A stretch of 64,000 nt of DNA, taken from Candidatus Oxydemutatoraceae bacterium. GTDB lineage: Bacteria > Pseudomonadota > Gammaproteobacteria > Poriferisulfidales > Oxydemutatoraceae. The stretch is from the NCBI GenBank assembly GCA_965219575.1, contig OZ244779.1:2092769-2156768 (forward strand), in the 5' to 3' direction. Below, one piece after another: positions 21,089-30,964 of this stretch; positions within the stretch are counted from its first letter, which is position 1; each line of letters opens with the position of its first letter. The translations under genes and the position numbers were made by a program. The notes under the pieces were generated by a model. It was not told the DNA's origin and did no database searches. It was given only the letters and a program-made list of their open reading frames with translations.

Positions 21089-21955
21089 ATGTTGATCGCC
21101 GGAGATATTATGCAGGTGCGCAAACAGATGGCGCAATGGCGGCAACAATCGCACAGCGTTGCCTTCGTGCCGACGATGGGTGCCTTACACGAAGGGCACT
21201 TTAGGCTACTCGAGCGGGCGCACGATGTTGCCGATAAAGTCGCAGCGAGTATTTTTGTCAACCCGGTACAGTTCGACAGCATGGAAGACTTACAAACCTA
21301 TCCCAGAGACGAGGCGCAAGACATCGAGGCATTACGGCGTTTTAAGGTAGAACTTGCTTTTGTGCCTACAGCGGAAGAGATGCACAGCAAAGATTTATCA
21401 TCGGGCGTGCGCGTTATAGCCGGCAGTTTGTCGGATGATTTATGCGGTGCTTTCAGACCTAAACACTTTGACGGCGTAGCAACCATCGTTGCCAAACTAT
21501 TAAATATATTCCAACCCGATGTGATCGTGCTGGGGCAGAAAGATTATCAACAACTCTGTATCGTCAGAGAACTGGTACGCAATTTATCGTTCGATGTCGA
21601 AGTCGTGTCGGTCGAAACGGTGCGCGCTGCCGACGGCTTGGCGTTGAGCTCCAGAAACGCATACCTTTCCGAACACGAGAGAAAACAAGCACCCGCTTTA
21701 TACCGTGGCTTAAAACAAATAGCCGATTGCATAAAACAAGGTAGGGACGATTTAGAAAATTTGAAAAAAGAGGCTGTCGCACTGATGACGGCCGAAGGCT
21801 TAAACACCGAATATGTAGAAATTAGATGCGCACACTCGCTCAAAATTCTGCATCGAAGACAATTCCCTCTGGTCATACTGGCAGCCGCACGGCTGGGGAA
21901 AGCGCGTCTGATCGACAATGTACTGATAACCGACACACCTTTTGTAATATCGTAA
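21089..21955 (+). CDS. panC: Pantoate--beta-alanine ligase
   Basis: VPTMGALHEGH, FVNPVQF, GQKDYQQ, GLALSSRN, RLIDN. Confidence 0.97.
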   Translation: MLIAGDIMQVRKQMAQWRQQSHSVAFVPTMGALHEGHFRLLERAHDVADKVAASIFVNPVQFDSMEDLQTYPRDEAQDIEALRRFKVELAFVPTAEEMHSKDLSSGVRVIAGSLSDDLCGAFRPKHFDGVATIVAKLLNIFQPDVIVLGQKDYQQLCIVRELVRNLSFDVEVVSVETVRAADGLALSSRNAYLSEHERKQAPALYRGLKQIADCIKQGRDDLENLKKEAVALMTAEGLNTEYVEIRCAHSLKILHRRQFPLVILAAARLGKARLIDNVLITDTPFVIS

Positions 21956-22024
21956 ATCTTTATGATACTTCTCCGGATCTAATTGCCACATCAGACGGTA
22001 TTTATCACTTTATTCGTGTCTCTT

Positions 22025-22753
22025 TTATCCACTACCGTCCAACATCCGCTCCAATTCGGATTTGTGTTTGAGCCAATGACTCCTCAACAACTCATACTTA
22101 TCTATATGCTTGTACAAATCCTCGTCTATCGTTGACTTGGCCTCAGGATATGTAGAGTATGTTTTATACAGAGAACCTTTTTGCTTAGACCTAAACTCTG
22201 AATTAAACGAATATTTCTGTATCTCTTCCGATAAACCCGGGCAAGCTATCTTTGTTTCCAACTTTTTGATATCCTCAATCAGGTGTTCGTATCTAATGCA
22301 AAAATCAACGACTAACTTACCATCTATATGAATAGGTGCATATAGAAAGGAAGCAATCCGTCCCGATTTTTTAAATCTTTTTTCAATCCACTCTCCAAAG
22401 ACCGGCATGTCCTTCTCTTCGGTATTTCGGTGGCAATCATAATATTTAGAAATCATTTTATCGTAGGGACTTCGTATGGTCGCTATCTTCGTATAGCCTT
22501 CCCAAATGTCTGCCGAAATATTATTTTTTATGATGGTTGCACTATTATGTTGCTTATATTTACGGTCTTCACCTTCCCCGATATTTTGCTCTCCATAATA
22601 TCCTAAAGACTCCCTTATTTCATCCTGTCCACGCCCTAGTCTAGTTATTAAATCTTCAGGCCCACAATACTTTGAAAGTGCCATTTCAAACGACATACTT
22701 GCAACTTTTTGAAGCCTTATATATATAACTTTTAGCCTATGTGAAATAATCAT
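22025..22753 (-). CDS. Sulfotransferase family 2 protein
   Basis: MIISH..K.IYI..QKVAS.S (5'-PSB-like loop), IRSPYDKMIS.Y (3'-PB-like), IRYEHL..D; AT-rich. Confidence 0.75.
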   Translation of the reverse strand: MIISHRLKVIYIRLQKVASMSFEMALSKYCGPEDLITRLGRGQDEIRESLGYYGEQNIGEGEDRKYKQHNSATIIKNNISADIWEGYTKIATIRSPYDKMISKYYDCHRNTEEKDMPVFGEWIEKRFKKSGRIASFLYAPIHIDGKLVVDFCIRYEHLIEDIKKLETKIACPGLSEEIQKYSFNSEFRSKQKGSLYKTYSTYPEAKSTIDEDLYKHIDKYELLRSHWLKHKSELERMLDGSG

Positions 22754-22873
22754 TTTATCGACACCTAGATAGCTACGGAACTCACTGTATCAATCGTATA
22801 ATTATATTATAAATTGAATAAGTATTCCGTATACCGTAAGGGAGAGTTAACATTGCGATTTTGTATGAGTTCA

Positions 22874-22921
22874 CGCCGATTGACCTACCCGCTCAATCGG
22901 CTCTTTTATTTTTCAATAGCC
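22874..22921. repeat. Short repeat module D (CTAC-loop hairpin plus TIR)
   Basis: CGCCGATTGACCTACCCGCTCAATCGGC followed by TTTTTCAATAGCC. Confidence 0.8.
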
Positions 22922-22986
22922 TCGGTTCCATATTCGCAATTTATTAGTATAATGATTCCCGAAATATAATACGTGGAGGTATTGAC

Positions 22987-25293
22987 ATGACATTGTATAC
23001 AAAATCTGAAGCACCCGAAGGACATTCATACCATCATATGTGTTGTCCGCACGATTGTCCGGATACTTGTTCTATCTTGGTAACCCGAAACGACAAGACG
23101 GGTAAAGTCGTCAGAGTGCAAGGCGACCCGACTCACCCTATCACCAAAGGCTATCTCTGCAACAAAGTAAATCATTATGTTGAATTAGTCTATAACGACA
23201 ACCGAGTTCTCTATCCACACAAACGAGTAGGGCCCAAAGGTCCGAACGCAAAATTCGAACGCATCGGTTGGGACGAAGCTTTGGATACGATTACCGACAA
23301 CATGAAGGAAGTCATATCCGAATACGGTTCCGAAGCCGTGCAACCGTATTCGTATTCGGGAACACTCGGCATGCTGGGTTACTGGGGCATGGATCAACGT
23401 TTCTGGAACAGAATGAACGCTGCCAGACTGGAGCAATCGATCTGCATCTACGCAGCGATGTGGGCGGGTATTTATACCTACGGCATTGCCAACGGCCCCT
23501 CTATACACGAAGCGTGTTCGGAGGCGGAAGTCATTATATTATGGGGGACCAATTTGGTTAGCACCGGCGTGCATGCGATACCTTTTATACAAAAAGCGCG
23601 CAAGCGCGGTGTCAAACTAATCGTCATAGACCCACGCGTAACGCGTACTACGATGATGGCGGATTGGCATATACAACCGCGCCCCGGCACCGACGGTGCA
23701 TTGGCATTAGGGATGATGAAGATCATCGTCGACGAAGGTCTACACGATTTAGATTTCCTAAAAGAACAAACCGTAGGCTGGGAAGAGTTTTTAGAGAAAA
23801 AGTTACCCGACTATCCACTTGAGAAAGTCGCAGAGATTACCGGGTTGGATGCCGAGACGATTAAAACGCTGGCTCTAGAATACGGCAGTACGAAAAAAAG
23901 CTATATTCGTGCAAATTACGGCTTGAACCGCCACCAAAATGCAGGGCAGATGTGCCGTTCCATCTTGGTGTTGCCTTGTGTCACCGGTGCCTGGCGCGAG
24001 AAATGCGGCGGGGTCGCTTTCGGTACACTGGAAGAAATGTGGTTGAAATTCCCGTTGGGCAAATTACAACGCCCGGACTTAGGAAACCGTGCCGAAAAGC
24101 GTATCGTCAATATGGTGCAGATCGGACGAGCCCTAGCCGACGATATCGGTGCCAACGAGGAGAAACTGGATCCACCGATTAAACATCTATTCGTTTATAA
24201 CTCGGATCCGGCAAACTGCGCACCGAATTCCAATAATGTGCGCAAAGGACTGATGCGCGATGACCTGTTCGTTGCAGTACACGATACTTTCTGGACCGAT
24301 ACTTGTAAATACGCCGATATTGTGATCCCTGCCGATACGCAGTTTGAGCGAGCCGATTTGCATGCAGCCTACGGGCATTATTACTTCAATATGAACAAGC
24401 CTATCATAGAGCCGTTGGGTGAAAGTGTGCGCAACACCGAAATGTTTCGTATGCTCGCAAAGAAAATGGACTATGTCGAGGCAGGCGATAATGCTTTCAC
24501 GCAGACCGACGAGGAAATGATGAGAGAAATCGTAGACGATACCGAAAATCCTCTGATGGAAGGCATCACCTACGAGGAACTCGAAAAAAACGGCTGGGCT
24601 CGAGGTAGCGTAGAATCCGAACGACGCGACTTCCTGAATAAAGGTTGGCCGACCGAAAGCGGAAAAATAGAAATCTATAGCAAGACTTTAGCCGACCAAG
24701 GACAAGACCCTATGCCGACCCACAACCCCGAGGTTGAAGGACAAGAAGATCACGAGCGTCGCAAGGATTATCCGATACAGGTGATCAGTAGCGCAACCCA
24801 TTACTTTATAGGTGATTCGTTCCAGTCGGTGCCGCGCCTACAAGCGATGATGTCGCGTCCCACCGTCGAATTAAATCCCGAAGATGCAAAAGCACGCCAT
24901 ATCAAAGATGGCGATTTAGTACGTCTTTATAATGATCGCGGCGAGACTTTTTGTTATGCGGTAATCGTCGACGGCTTGTTGCCCGGTGTTTGTGGAACCC
25001 AAAAGCAATTTAAGGGAAGCCATACTCCGGGCGGTGTCAACGCAAACGGATTGAACTCCGAGATGTTGACCGACTTCGGCATGAGCCCGTGTTTTTATTC
25101 GGTGCTGGTAGAAATAGAGAAAGCGGAGGCAGCGGATAAACTAACCGCACAAAAATTAAAGCAAATGGGAGGAGAAGCCGGCTATATCAAAGCATGGCGT
25201 TCCGACCCGCGCAACCAAGACGCCAAGATGAGCGACGAAGAGATCATTGCGTATGCAAAATCGCAAAATCCACAAGCATTTACGGAGGTTTAA
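22987..25293 (+). CDS. Cytoplasmic molybdopterin oxidoreductase (DMSO-reductase superfamily, CPHDCPDTC subtype)
   Basis: CPHDCPDTC..C Fe-S motif, GDPTHPITKGYLCNK, PRPGTDGALALG, ADIVIPA, C-terminal Mo-bisPGD domain; no Tat signal; GGAGG RBS. Confidence 0.9.
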   Translation: MTLYTKSEAPEGHSYHHMCCPHDCPDTCSILVTRNDKTGKVVRVQGDPTHPITKGYLCNKVNHYVELVYNDNRVLYPHKRVGPKGPNAKFERIGWDEALDTITDNMKEVISEYGSEAVQPYSYSGTLGMLGYWGMDQRFWNRMNAARLEQSICIYAAMWAGIYTYGIANGPSIHEACSEAEVIILWGTNLVSTGVHAIPFIQKARKRGVKLIVIDPRVTRTTMMADWHIQPRPGTDGALALGMMKIIVDEGLHDLDFLKEQTVGWEEFLEKKLPDYPLEKVAEITGLDAETIKTLALEYGSTKKSYIRANYGLNRHQNAGQMCRSILVLPCVTGAWREKCGGVAFGTLEEMWLKFPLGKLQRPDLGNRAEKRIVNMVQIGRALADDIGANEEKLDPPIKHLFVYNSDPANCAPNSNNVRKGLMRDDLFVAVHDTFWTDTCKYADIVIPADTQFERADLHAAYGHYYFNMNKPIIEPLGESVRNTEMFRMLAKKMDYVEAGDNAFTQTDEEMMREIVDDTENPLMEGITYEELEKNGWARGSVESERRDFLNKGWPTESGKIEIYSKTLADQGQDPMPTHNPEVEGQEDHERRKDYPIQVISSATHYFIGDSFQSVPRLQAMMSRPTVELNPEDAKARHIKDGDLVRLYNDRGETFCYAVIVDGLLPGVCGTQKQFKGSHTPGGVNANGLNSEMLTDFGMSPCFYSVLVEIEKAEAADKLTAQKLKQMGGEAGYIKAWRSDPRNQDAKMSDEEIIAYAKSQNPQAFTEV

Positions 25294-25294
25294 T

Positions 25295-26416
25295 GTGAGC
25301 AATCCAAGCACCAACTTTTACGATCCTGTCCGACAACTGGCTCAAATACCCTACCCCGATAAGACGCTCTACGGTGGTCGGGCAATAACCAACCAATGCA
25401 AGATCAAAAGTATGAAAAAGCTAACTTACGATACTTGCGAATTGGTTATCAAGGCCGAGGAAGGCTCGCAACCGATAGCACGTAGCGCAGGGCAATACGC
25501 GATATTAAAAATAGACGGCATTGAAAAACCCCGCGCCTATTCCTTCGCACGCTCTCCGAAATGTGAAGAGACCGGCGAGTATTCATTCTTCATACGCCAA
25601 GTGCCGGGAGGTCAATTTTCGGGCTGGTTGTTCGATGCCGACCGCAGCGGGCAACCCATTACCGTTCAAGGACCGCTCGGAAAATTCGGTATAGATCCAT
25701 CCGATCTGCAAATGGTTTGTATCGCCGGGGGTAGCGGCATGAGTGCTATCTTCGCACTGCTTGAAGATGGCTGCTTTAGACAAATACAGAGAAATGTATT
25801 ATTCCTATACGGTGCGCGCACCCAGAGAGACCTCTATTGCATTGAAGAAATCAAAACATTAAAAGAGAAGTGGCATTCGGATTATCAATTCGAGTTTGTC
25901 CCGGTATTGTCCGAAGAACCCGAAGACAGCGACTGGCAAGGCGCACGCGGCATGGTGACCGATTATCTAAAGAAAAACTACTTGGATGCCGGAAAAGTGT
26001 CGTTGACCGAAGCCAAAGCCTATTTCTGCGGACCGCCACCGATGATAGACGCGGGCATTGCGGTATTAACCGACCTCGGGATGTCGGAAAACGACATCTA
26101 TTACGATAAATTCGAAGACATCAGATCACCGGCACCGGTAGTTGATAATGCAACCTGCGTGTTATGCGACGAATGTCTTTTTGTCTGTCCTATACCCAAG
26201 TGTATTATCGAGGCATCGAATTTACGCAAAGACGGCGACGGCATCGTCTACGAAGAAGTGGATCCCTATAAGACATCGGGTCTCTATTACAACACCCTGT
26301 ATATAGACCCCAAACAATGTATCCGTTGCTACGCTTGCGTCGATGCATGTCCGGCGGGTGCAATAGATCCTAAAAATCCTGCTATGCCTAAAATGATACG
26401 GCGTATCGACGGCTAG
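25295..26416 (+). CDS. FAD/NAD(P)-binding oxidoreductase with C-terminal 2[4Fe-4S] ferredoxin domain
   Basis: RAYS, GPLG, IAGGSG, YFCGPPPM, then CVLCDECLFVCP and CIRCYACVDACP; GTG start at 25295 after GGAGG. Confidence 0.88.
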   Translation: MSNPSTNFYDPVRQLAQIPYPDKTLYGGRAITNQCKIKSMKKLTYDTCELVIKAEEGSQPIARSAGQYAILKIDGIEKPRAYSFARSPKCEETGEYSFFIRQVPGGQFSGWLFDADRSGQPITVQGPLGKFGIDPSDLQMVCIAGGSGMSAIFALLEDGCFRQIQRNVLFLYGARTQRDLYCIEEIKTLKEKWHSDYQFEFVPVLSEEPEDSDWQGARGMVTDYLKKNYLDAGKVSLTEAKAYFCGPPPMIDAGIAVLTDLGMSENDIYYDKFEDIRSPAPVVDNATCVLCDECLFVCPIPKCIIEASNLRKDGDGIVYEEVDPYKTSGLYYNTLYIDPKQCIRCYACVDACPAGAIDPKNPAMPKMIRRIDG

Positions 26417-26441
26417 AGGCACCAACGCCTTTCCCTCTTTG

Positions 26442-26780
26442 GGAGGGGAATGTACCGACACCGTACCTTGTGCAGATATTTCTGGGGCTATTGAAAAAGT
26501 ATTTCATAGAGTAGTAGGGGCGGACTTATATGTCCGCCCGAACACGTGTCGTGTCAGCATAAATAAAATCGTACGCCATCCAATTTATGGAAACCAAAAC
26601 CAAATGGCGCAAGCGGTTGAGTTTGTACAGAACGGTATTTTTGGGCAGACACACAGGTCTGCCCCTACGACTTTATGGTTATCATACATGTGGCGCATAG
26701 CGGTTAGATTTATGCAGTATCAATACTTTTTCAACAGCCTCGGTGTGTCTGCACAGGTATAGTGCTAGTCCATTCCCTCC
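26442..26780. repeat. Composite repeat mosaic E: three nested inverted-repeat layers
   Basis: Outer 26442-26476/26748-26780; middle TIR 26486-26502/26723-26739; inner inverted REP pair 26514-26539/26643-26668. Confidence 0.9.
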
Positions 26781-26831
26781 TGTAGAGGAACAGTTCAATG
26801 TATAATAACCGAGTAATTTCAAAGTTCGGTC

Positions 26832-27470
26832 ATGTATATTTTTTTGACTATCGCAGCAATCCTTATCTTGCTGCTGCTTATCCGTTGGATTAGGCTACAA
26901 CCTAAGGAAAATCGCTGGCGTTATTATCTGTATTTGCTGATTGCCTTGCTCGTGGGCATGGCATTAACCGGCAGATTACATTGGTTCGTCGTTGCCGGCG
27001 GAGCCGCAATACCCCTCATAATGAAGCTGTTCACCTTTCTACGCTGGACACCCTTCATATTCCGTTTATACCAAAGAATCAAGCCCGGCAGCTCCGGTCC
27101 CGGTTTGTTCGGATCGGCAAACGCTTCCCCCGAGATGGTACAGAATTTGTTGCGTCGCTTAGCCTCTCTGAACGAGCAAGAAATGCGGGTTCTGATAGAA
27201 ATTCTGAAAAAAAGGGATCCGCAAGCAGCGAGTTTTGTGGAAGCATACTTTAAGCGACAACCTCACAACCGACGACAGAGTGCCGCGCCCAAGAATATCA
27301 CAAGCAAAGAAGCCTATAAGATTTTAGGCGTTGAAGCCGGTGCGACACGCGAACAAATCATAGACGCACACCGAAAACTCATGCAAAAATTCCACCCCGA
27401 CCGCGGCGGCACACCTTATATGGCGGCGATGATCAACGATGCAAAACGCGTCCTTTTGGATCAACTATGA
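26832..27470 (+). CDS. Membrane-anchored J-domain (DnaJ-like) protein
   Basis: N-terminal TM helices; C-terminal EAYKILGV...AHRKLMQKFHPDRGG. Confidence 0.9.
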   Translation: MYIFLTIAAILILLLLIRWIRLQPKENRWRYYLYLLIALLVGMALTGRLHWFVVAGGAAIPLIMKLFTFLRWTPFIFRLYQRIKPGSSGPGLFGSANASPEMVQNLLRRLASLNEQEMRVLIEILKKRDPQAASFVEAYFKRQPHNRRQSAAPKNITSKEAYKILGVEAGATREQIIDAHRKLMQKFHPDRGGTPYMAAMINDAKRVLLDQL

Positions 27471-29668
27471 CACCGGTGCTCTATCTCAAACGAGCACTCG
27501 ACGGCATCGTTGCGCTTTATAAGCGAGCAAATGCCTCGAAGACCGTAGAACGAGGACCCTCTTCGACCGATTACGGCGGTATGGGTGAGCGTGAAATACA
27601 ACTGCGTTTAGAATTGTTGATAGACCTGCCGAACAAGGATTTATCCGAACTGTTTCAAACCGCAAAATCATTGACCCGTTTCGGCATGGCAGACCAACTG
27701 AGACTACTGAACGCAGCGCAAGAGCTAAGCCTCGTTTCGACCGAGATTACACACGAGTTTTGCTGCCGAGCCATAGTCGCACTAAAACATCTGGACGATA
27801 AAAACTGGCGCATATGGGTCGACGAAATTAAATCTCTGACATTAAATAAAGGTGTGTCGGATGCAATGGCTTATCTCGCACAAACCGACGATTATGTTGC
27901 GTCGCTCCGGCCCGAACCGGCCACCGTAATACTCGAGCAAGTACGCCCGGTAATAGAGTATTTGATCACCGGCTTCGGCAAAGCACGGCTCAAAATCGCT
28001 CCCGGTACGGAACTCTACACCGATACCGCAACGCTATTCTTACCCGAAAAATATACCGGCTTCGATAGCATCGATAAAAATTTCAGTTTCTATAAATTGG
28101 CAACCACCTATCTATGGGCGCAGAGCTGGTTCGGTACATGGCGTATCGACATTCCGCGACTGCTATACGAACACAACGATCCCGAGCGTGCGATAAACAT
28201 CTTCCAAGCATTGGAAACCTTACGGCTCGCACATTGCCTTGCGCGCACCCTGCCCGGCATCGTGCGATTGGAAAGTATGCTTTACGGCACACGCTGGCAA
28301 CCACCCGATACACCTGCGTGGCGTAATGCCGATACAAAACTTGCCCAAGAATATGCGCGCTCCGAAGACAGCTTAAACCTGATAAACTCGGTGTATACCG
28401 AACCCACACCCGAACTGTATCCGTGCCACGGTGTATACAAACCGGGACGGGTCTATAAGGTGATTAAAACTCGCGTCGACGATAACCAAAGGCGGCTTGC
28501 GGAAATGCTGGACAGACTACGCGAACAACTACAAAAACAAAATAAAATTTCTGCCAAAACTTCGACCCCGTTCACATTGAAGTTCTACGAACAAGCTTTG
28601 ACACCCGACGAATACGGGTTCGTACTAAACCGCGATGGCGAAGATATAGAAATTCCCGAAGACATGCTCGAATTATTCGAACAGCTAGGACAAGATTTAG
28701 GCGCAATACCCGAATCGTTATTGTCGGAATCCGCCTCGGATACCGAAGCTCCCGATCTTAGCGACGAAATCCCCGAGGTGAAAGAACACGAGGCGGCAAA
28801 GCCGATGCTACCCGAATGGGATCATGCAATTCAAAAATATCGCAAAGATTGGTGCCATATCTATATAGAATCGCTCGACGAAGGCGACTCCGACTTTGTA
28901 TCCCGAACACTCGCCGAACACTACAATATCGTCAACCGACTGCACCGCACATTCGAGGCGTTGCGCAACGACGACAAATTACTACGCAAGCAAACACACG
29001 GAGACGAAATAGATCTAGACGCCGTCGTCGAAAGTTGGGTGGATACACTGGCTATAAAAACCGAACTCAACGACAACATTTTCATCAGAACCAATAAAGA
29101 AGAACGCGATGTTGCGGTGATGTTCCTCATAGACATGAGTGCCTCTACACGCGGCTGGATCAACAGACTTGAAAAAGAAGCCTTGGTGCTGTTGTGCGAA
29201 TCTCTGGAAACCTTGGGCGACCGCTATGCAATCTACGGCTTCAACGGACACACCCGAAAGCAATGCAAGATATATCCCGTCAAAACCATCGACGAAGATT
29301 ACGGCAAAACGGTACAGGAAAAAATCGGTGCAATCAAAGCCGAATTGTATACCCGTATCGGCGCAGCGGTTCGTTATGTAGGAGAGCAACTGCAATGTAT
29401 AGAGGCTAAAACCAAAATACTCATCGTGTTATCGGACGGCAAACCCGACGATGCCGACGGCTACCGCGACAGCTACGGCATAGAAGACACCCGCAAAGCA
29501 TTGTTCGAGTTACGCGCCAACGGTATACACTCGCATTGCATTACGATCGACAAAGCGGCTATGGAATACCTACCTTATATGTACGGACACACCCGCTTCT
29601 CTATCATCAACGAAATAGAAAAACTTCCGCTCAGAATGGCAGAAATCTACCGTCAAATTACATGCTGA
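27467..29668 (+). CDS. NorD/CbbO-like von Willebrand A domain protein
   Basis: EWD...YR.DWC, GDEIDLDA, MIDAS-like DMSAST, YTRIGAAVR, LSDGKPDD, YGIEDTR. Confidence 0.88.
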   Translation: MTPVLYLKRALDGIVALYKRANASKTVERGPSSTDYGGMGEREIQLRLELLIDLPNKDLSELFQTAKSLTRFGMADQLRLLNAAQELSLVSTEITHEFCCRAIVALKHLDDKNWRIWVDEIKSLTLNKGVSDAMAYLAQTDDYVASLRPEPATVILEQVRPVIEYLITGFGKARLKIAPGTELYTDTATLFLPEKYTGFDSIDKNFSFYKLATTYLWAQSWFGTWRIDIPRLLYEHNDPERAINIFQALETLRLAHCLARTLPGIVRLESMLYGTRWQPPDTPAWRNADTKLAQEYARSEDSLNLINSVYTEPTPELYPCHGVYKPGRVYKVIKTRVDDNQRRLAEMLDRLREQLQKQNKISAKTSTPFTLKFYEQALTPDEYGFVLNRDGEDIEIPEDMLELFEQLGQDLGAIPESLLSESASDTEAPDLSDEIPEVKEHEAAKPMLPEWDHAIQKYRKDWCHIYIESLDEGDSDFVSRTLAEHYNIVNRLHRTFEALRNDDKLLRKQTHGDEIDLDAVVESWVDTLAIKTELNDNIFIRTNKEERDVAVMFLIDMSASTRGWINRLEKEALVLLCESLETLGDRYAIYGFNGHTRKQCKIYPVKTIDEDYGKTVQEKIGAIKAELYTRIGAAVRYVGEQLQCIEAKTKILIVLSDGKPDDADGYRDSYGIEDTRKALFELRANGIHSHCITIDKAAMEYLPYMYGHTRFSIINEIEKLPLRMAEIYRQITC

Positions 29669-29675
29669 AGATTGC

Positions 29676-30869
29676 ATGCCGATGACTAAGCAATTTCAAT
29701 CTCTTAGAATGACGGTCGTAGAAGATGCGGTCATACCGATAGTCAATACATTAATACGCAAACACCCTGACACGATCTCTCTGGGGCAGGGAGTGGTCTA
29801 CTATCCGCCGCCGCCCGCCGTCTCGGACGCGATTAAAAAAGTGATGTCCTGCACCGAATACCATCTCTACGGCCCGGTTGCCGGATTGGATGAACTACAA
29901 ACGGCATTGAAAGACAAACTGCAAAACAAAAATAACATCGTATTGAGCGACGAACAATGCCTGTTCATAACCGCCGGTGCGAACATGGCATTCAATGCAG
30001 TCGTACTTGCGCTGTGCGACCCGGGCGACGAGATTATCGTGTCGGCACCCTACTACTTCAACCACAAAATGACTATAGAAATGTGTAGCTGTAAAGCCGT
30101 CATCGTCGATACCGACGAAAATTATCAGCCGGTAATCGCACGCATAACGAGGGCTATCACCACCAAAACTCGTGCAATCGTCAGCATATCGCCGAATAAT
30201 CCCAGCGGATGCATATACTCGGAACAAACACTCGGCGCAATAAATGCGCTGTGCGCCGAACACCGAATTTATCATATCAGCGACGAAGCCTACGAAGATT
30301 TCACCGATGAAACGCATACACATTTCTCGCCCGGCTCGCTCCCCGATTCGGCTACGCATACTATATCGATATTCTCCTTTTCCAAAAGCTACGGTCTCGC
30401 ATCGTGGCGTGTAGGCTACATGGTAGTGCCTTACGAACTCGATGCGGCAATCCACAAAGTACAAGACAATATAATCATCTGCCCACCCACCGTGTCGCAA
30501 TTTGCCGCACTGGAGTGTCTGAAATCGGGAGCGGATTATGTCAAAGACCGGATGAAACAAATCGCCGCCAATAGAGAACTATGCAGATCGATGCTCGGAG
30601 CCCTCGCCGACAAAGGTTTAATCGAACCACCGCACATAGAGGGCGCGCTTTACGCTTTTATCACCTTGCCCGATACAGTCTGTGATATCGCGACGATAGA
30701 AAAATTGATTAACGATTTCGGCGTCGCAGTCATACCGGGCTACGCCTTCGGCATGCAATACAAAAACTGTATCAGAGTATCGTACGGTGCATTATCCACC
30801 GAACGATTGGAGGTCGGATTGACACGCTTGGCCGAAGGGTTGAGTGAAATATCAACCCAAAAACCGTAA
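29676..30869 (+). CDS. PLP-dependent class I/II aminotransferase
   Basis: ISLGQG, SPNNPSG, SDEAY, SFSKSYGLASWRVGY. Confidence 0.92.
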   Translation: MPMTKQFQSLRMTVVEDAVIPIVNTLIRKHPDTISLGQGVVYYPPPPAVSDAIKKVMSCTEYHLYGPVAGLDELQTALKDKLQNKNNIVLSDEQCLFITAGANMAFNAVVLALCDPGDEIIVSAPYYFNHKMTIEMCSCKAVIVDTDENYQPVIARITRAITTKTRAIVSISPNNPSGCIYSEQTLGAINALCAEHRIYHISDEAYEDFTDETHTHFSPGSLPDSATHTISIFSFSKSYGLASWRVGYMVVPYELDAAIHKVQDNIIICPPTVSQFAALECLKSGADYVKDRMKQIAANRELCRSMLGALADKGLIEPPHIEGALYAFITLPDTVCDIATIEKLINDFGVAVIPGYAFGMQYKNCIRVSYGALSTERLEVGLTRLAEGLSEISTQKP

Positions 30870-30964
30870 GGATGAACTATATTTCATTCTAATGTATTGA
30901 CCCTCGTATTAAGAATTGTCGGTGGCAAAAAGTAAAATAAGGCGACTGATATAAAGCTGTTGCG

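Noticed and set aside
30870-30964. Replication terminus at the switch from + to - strand genes
   Set aside because: No dif-like site recognised, and by eye the + strand stays C-rich on both sides; a cumulative skew plot would settle it
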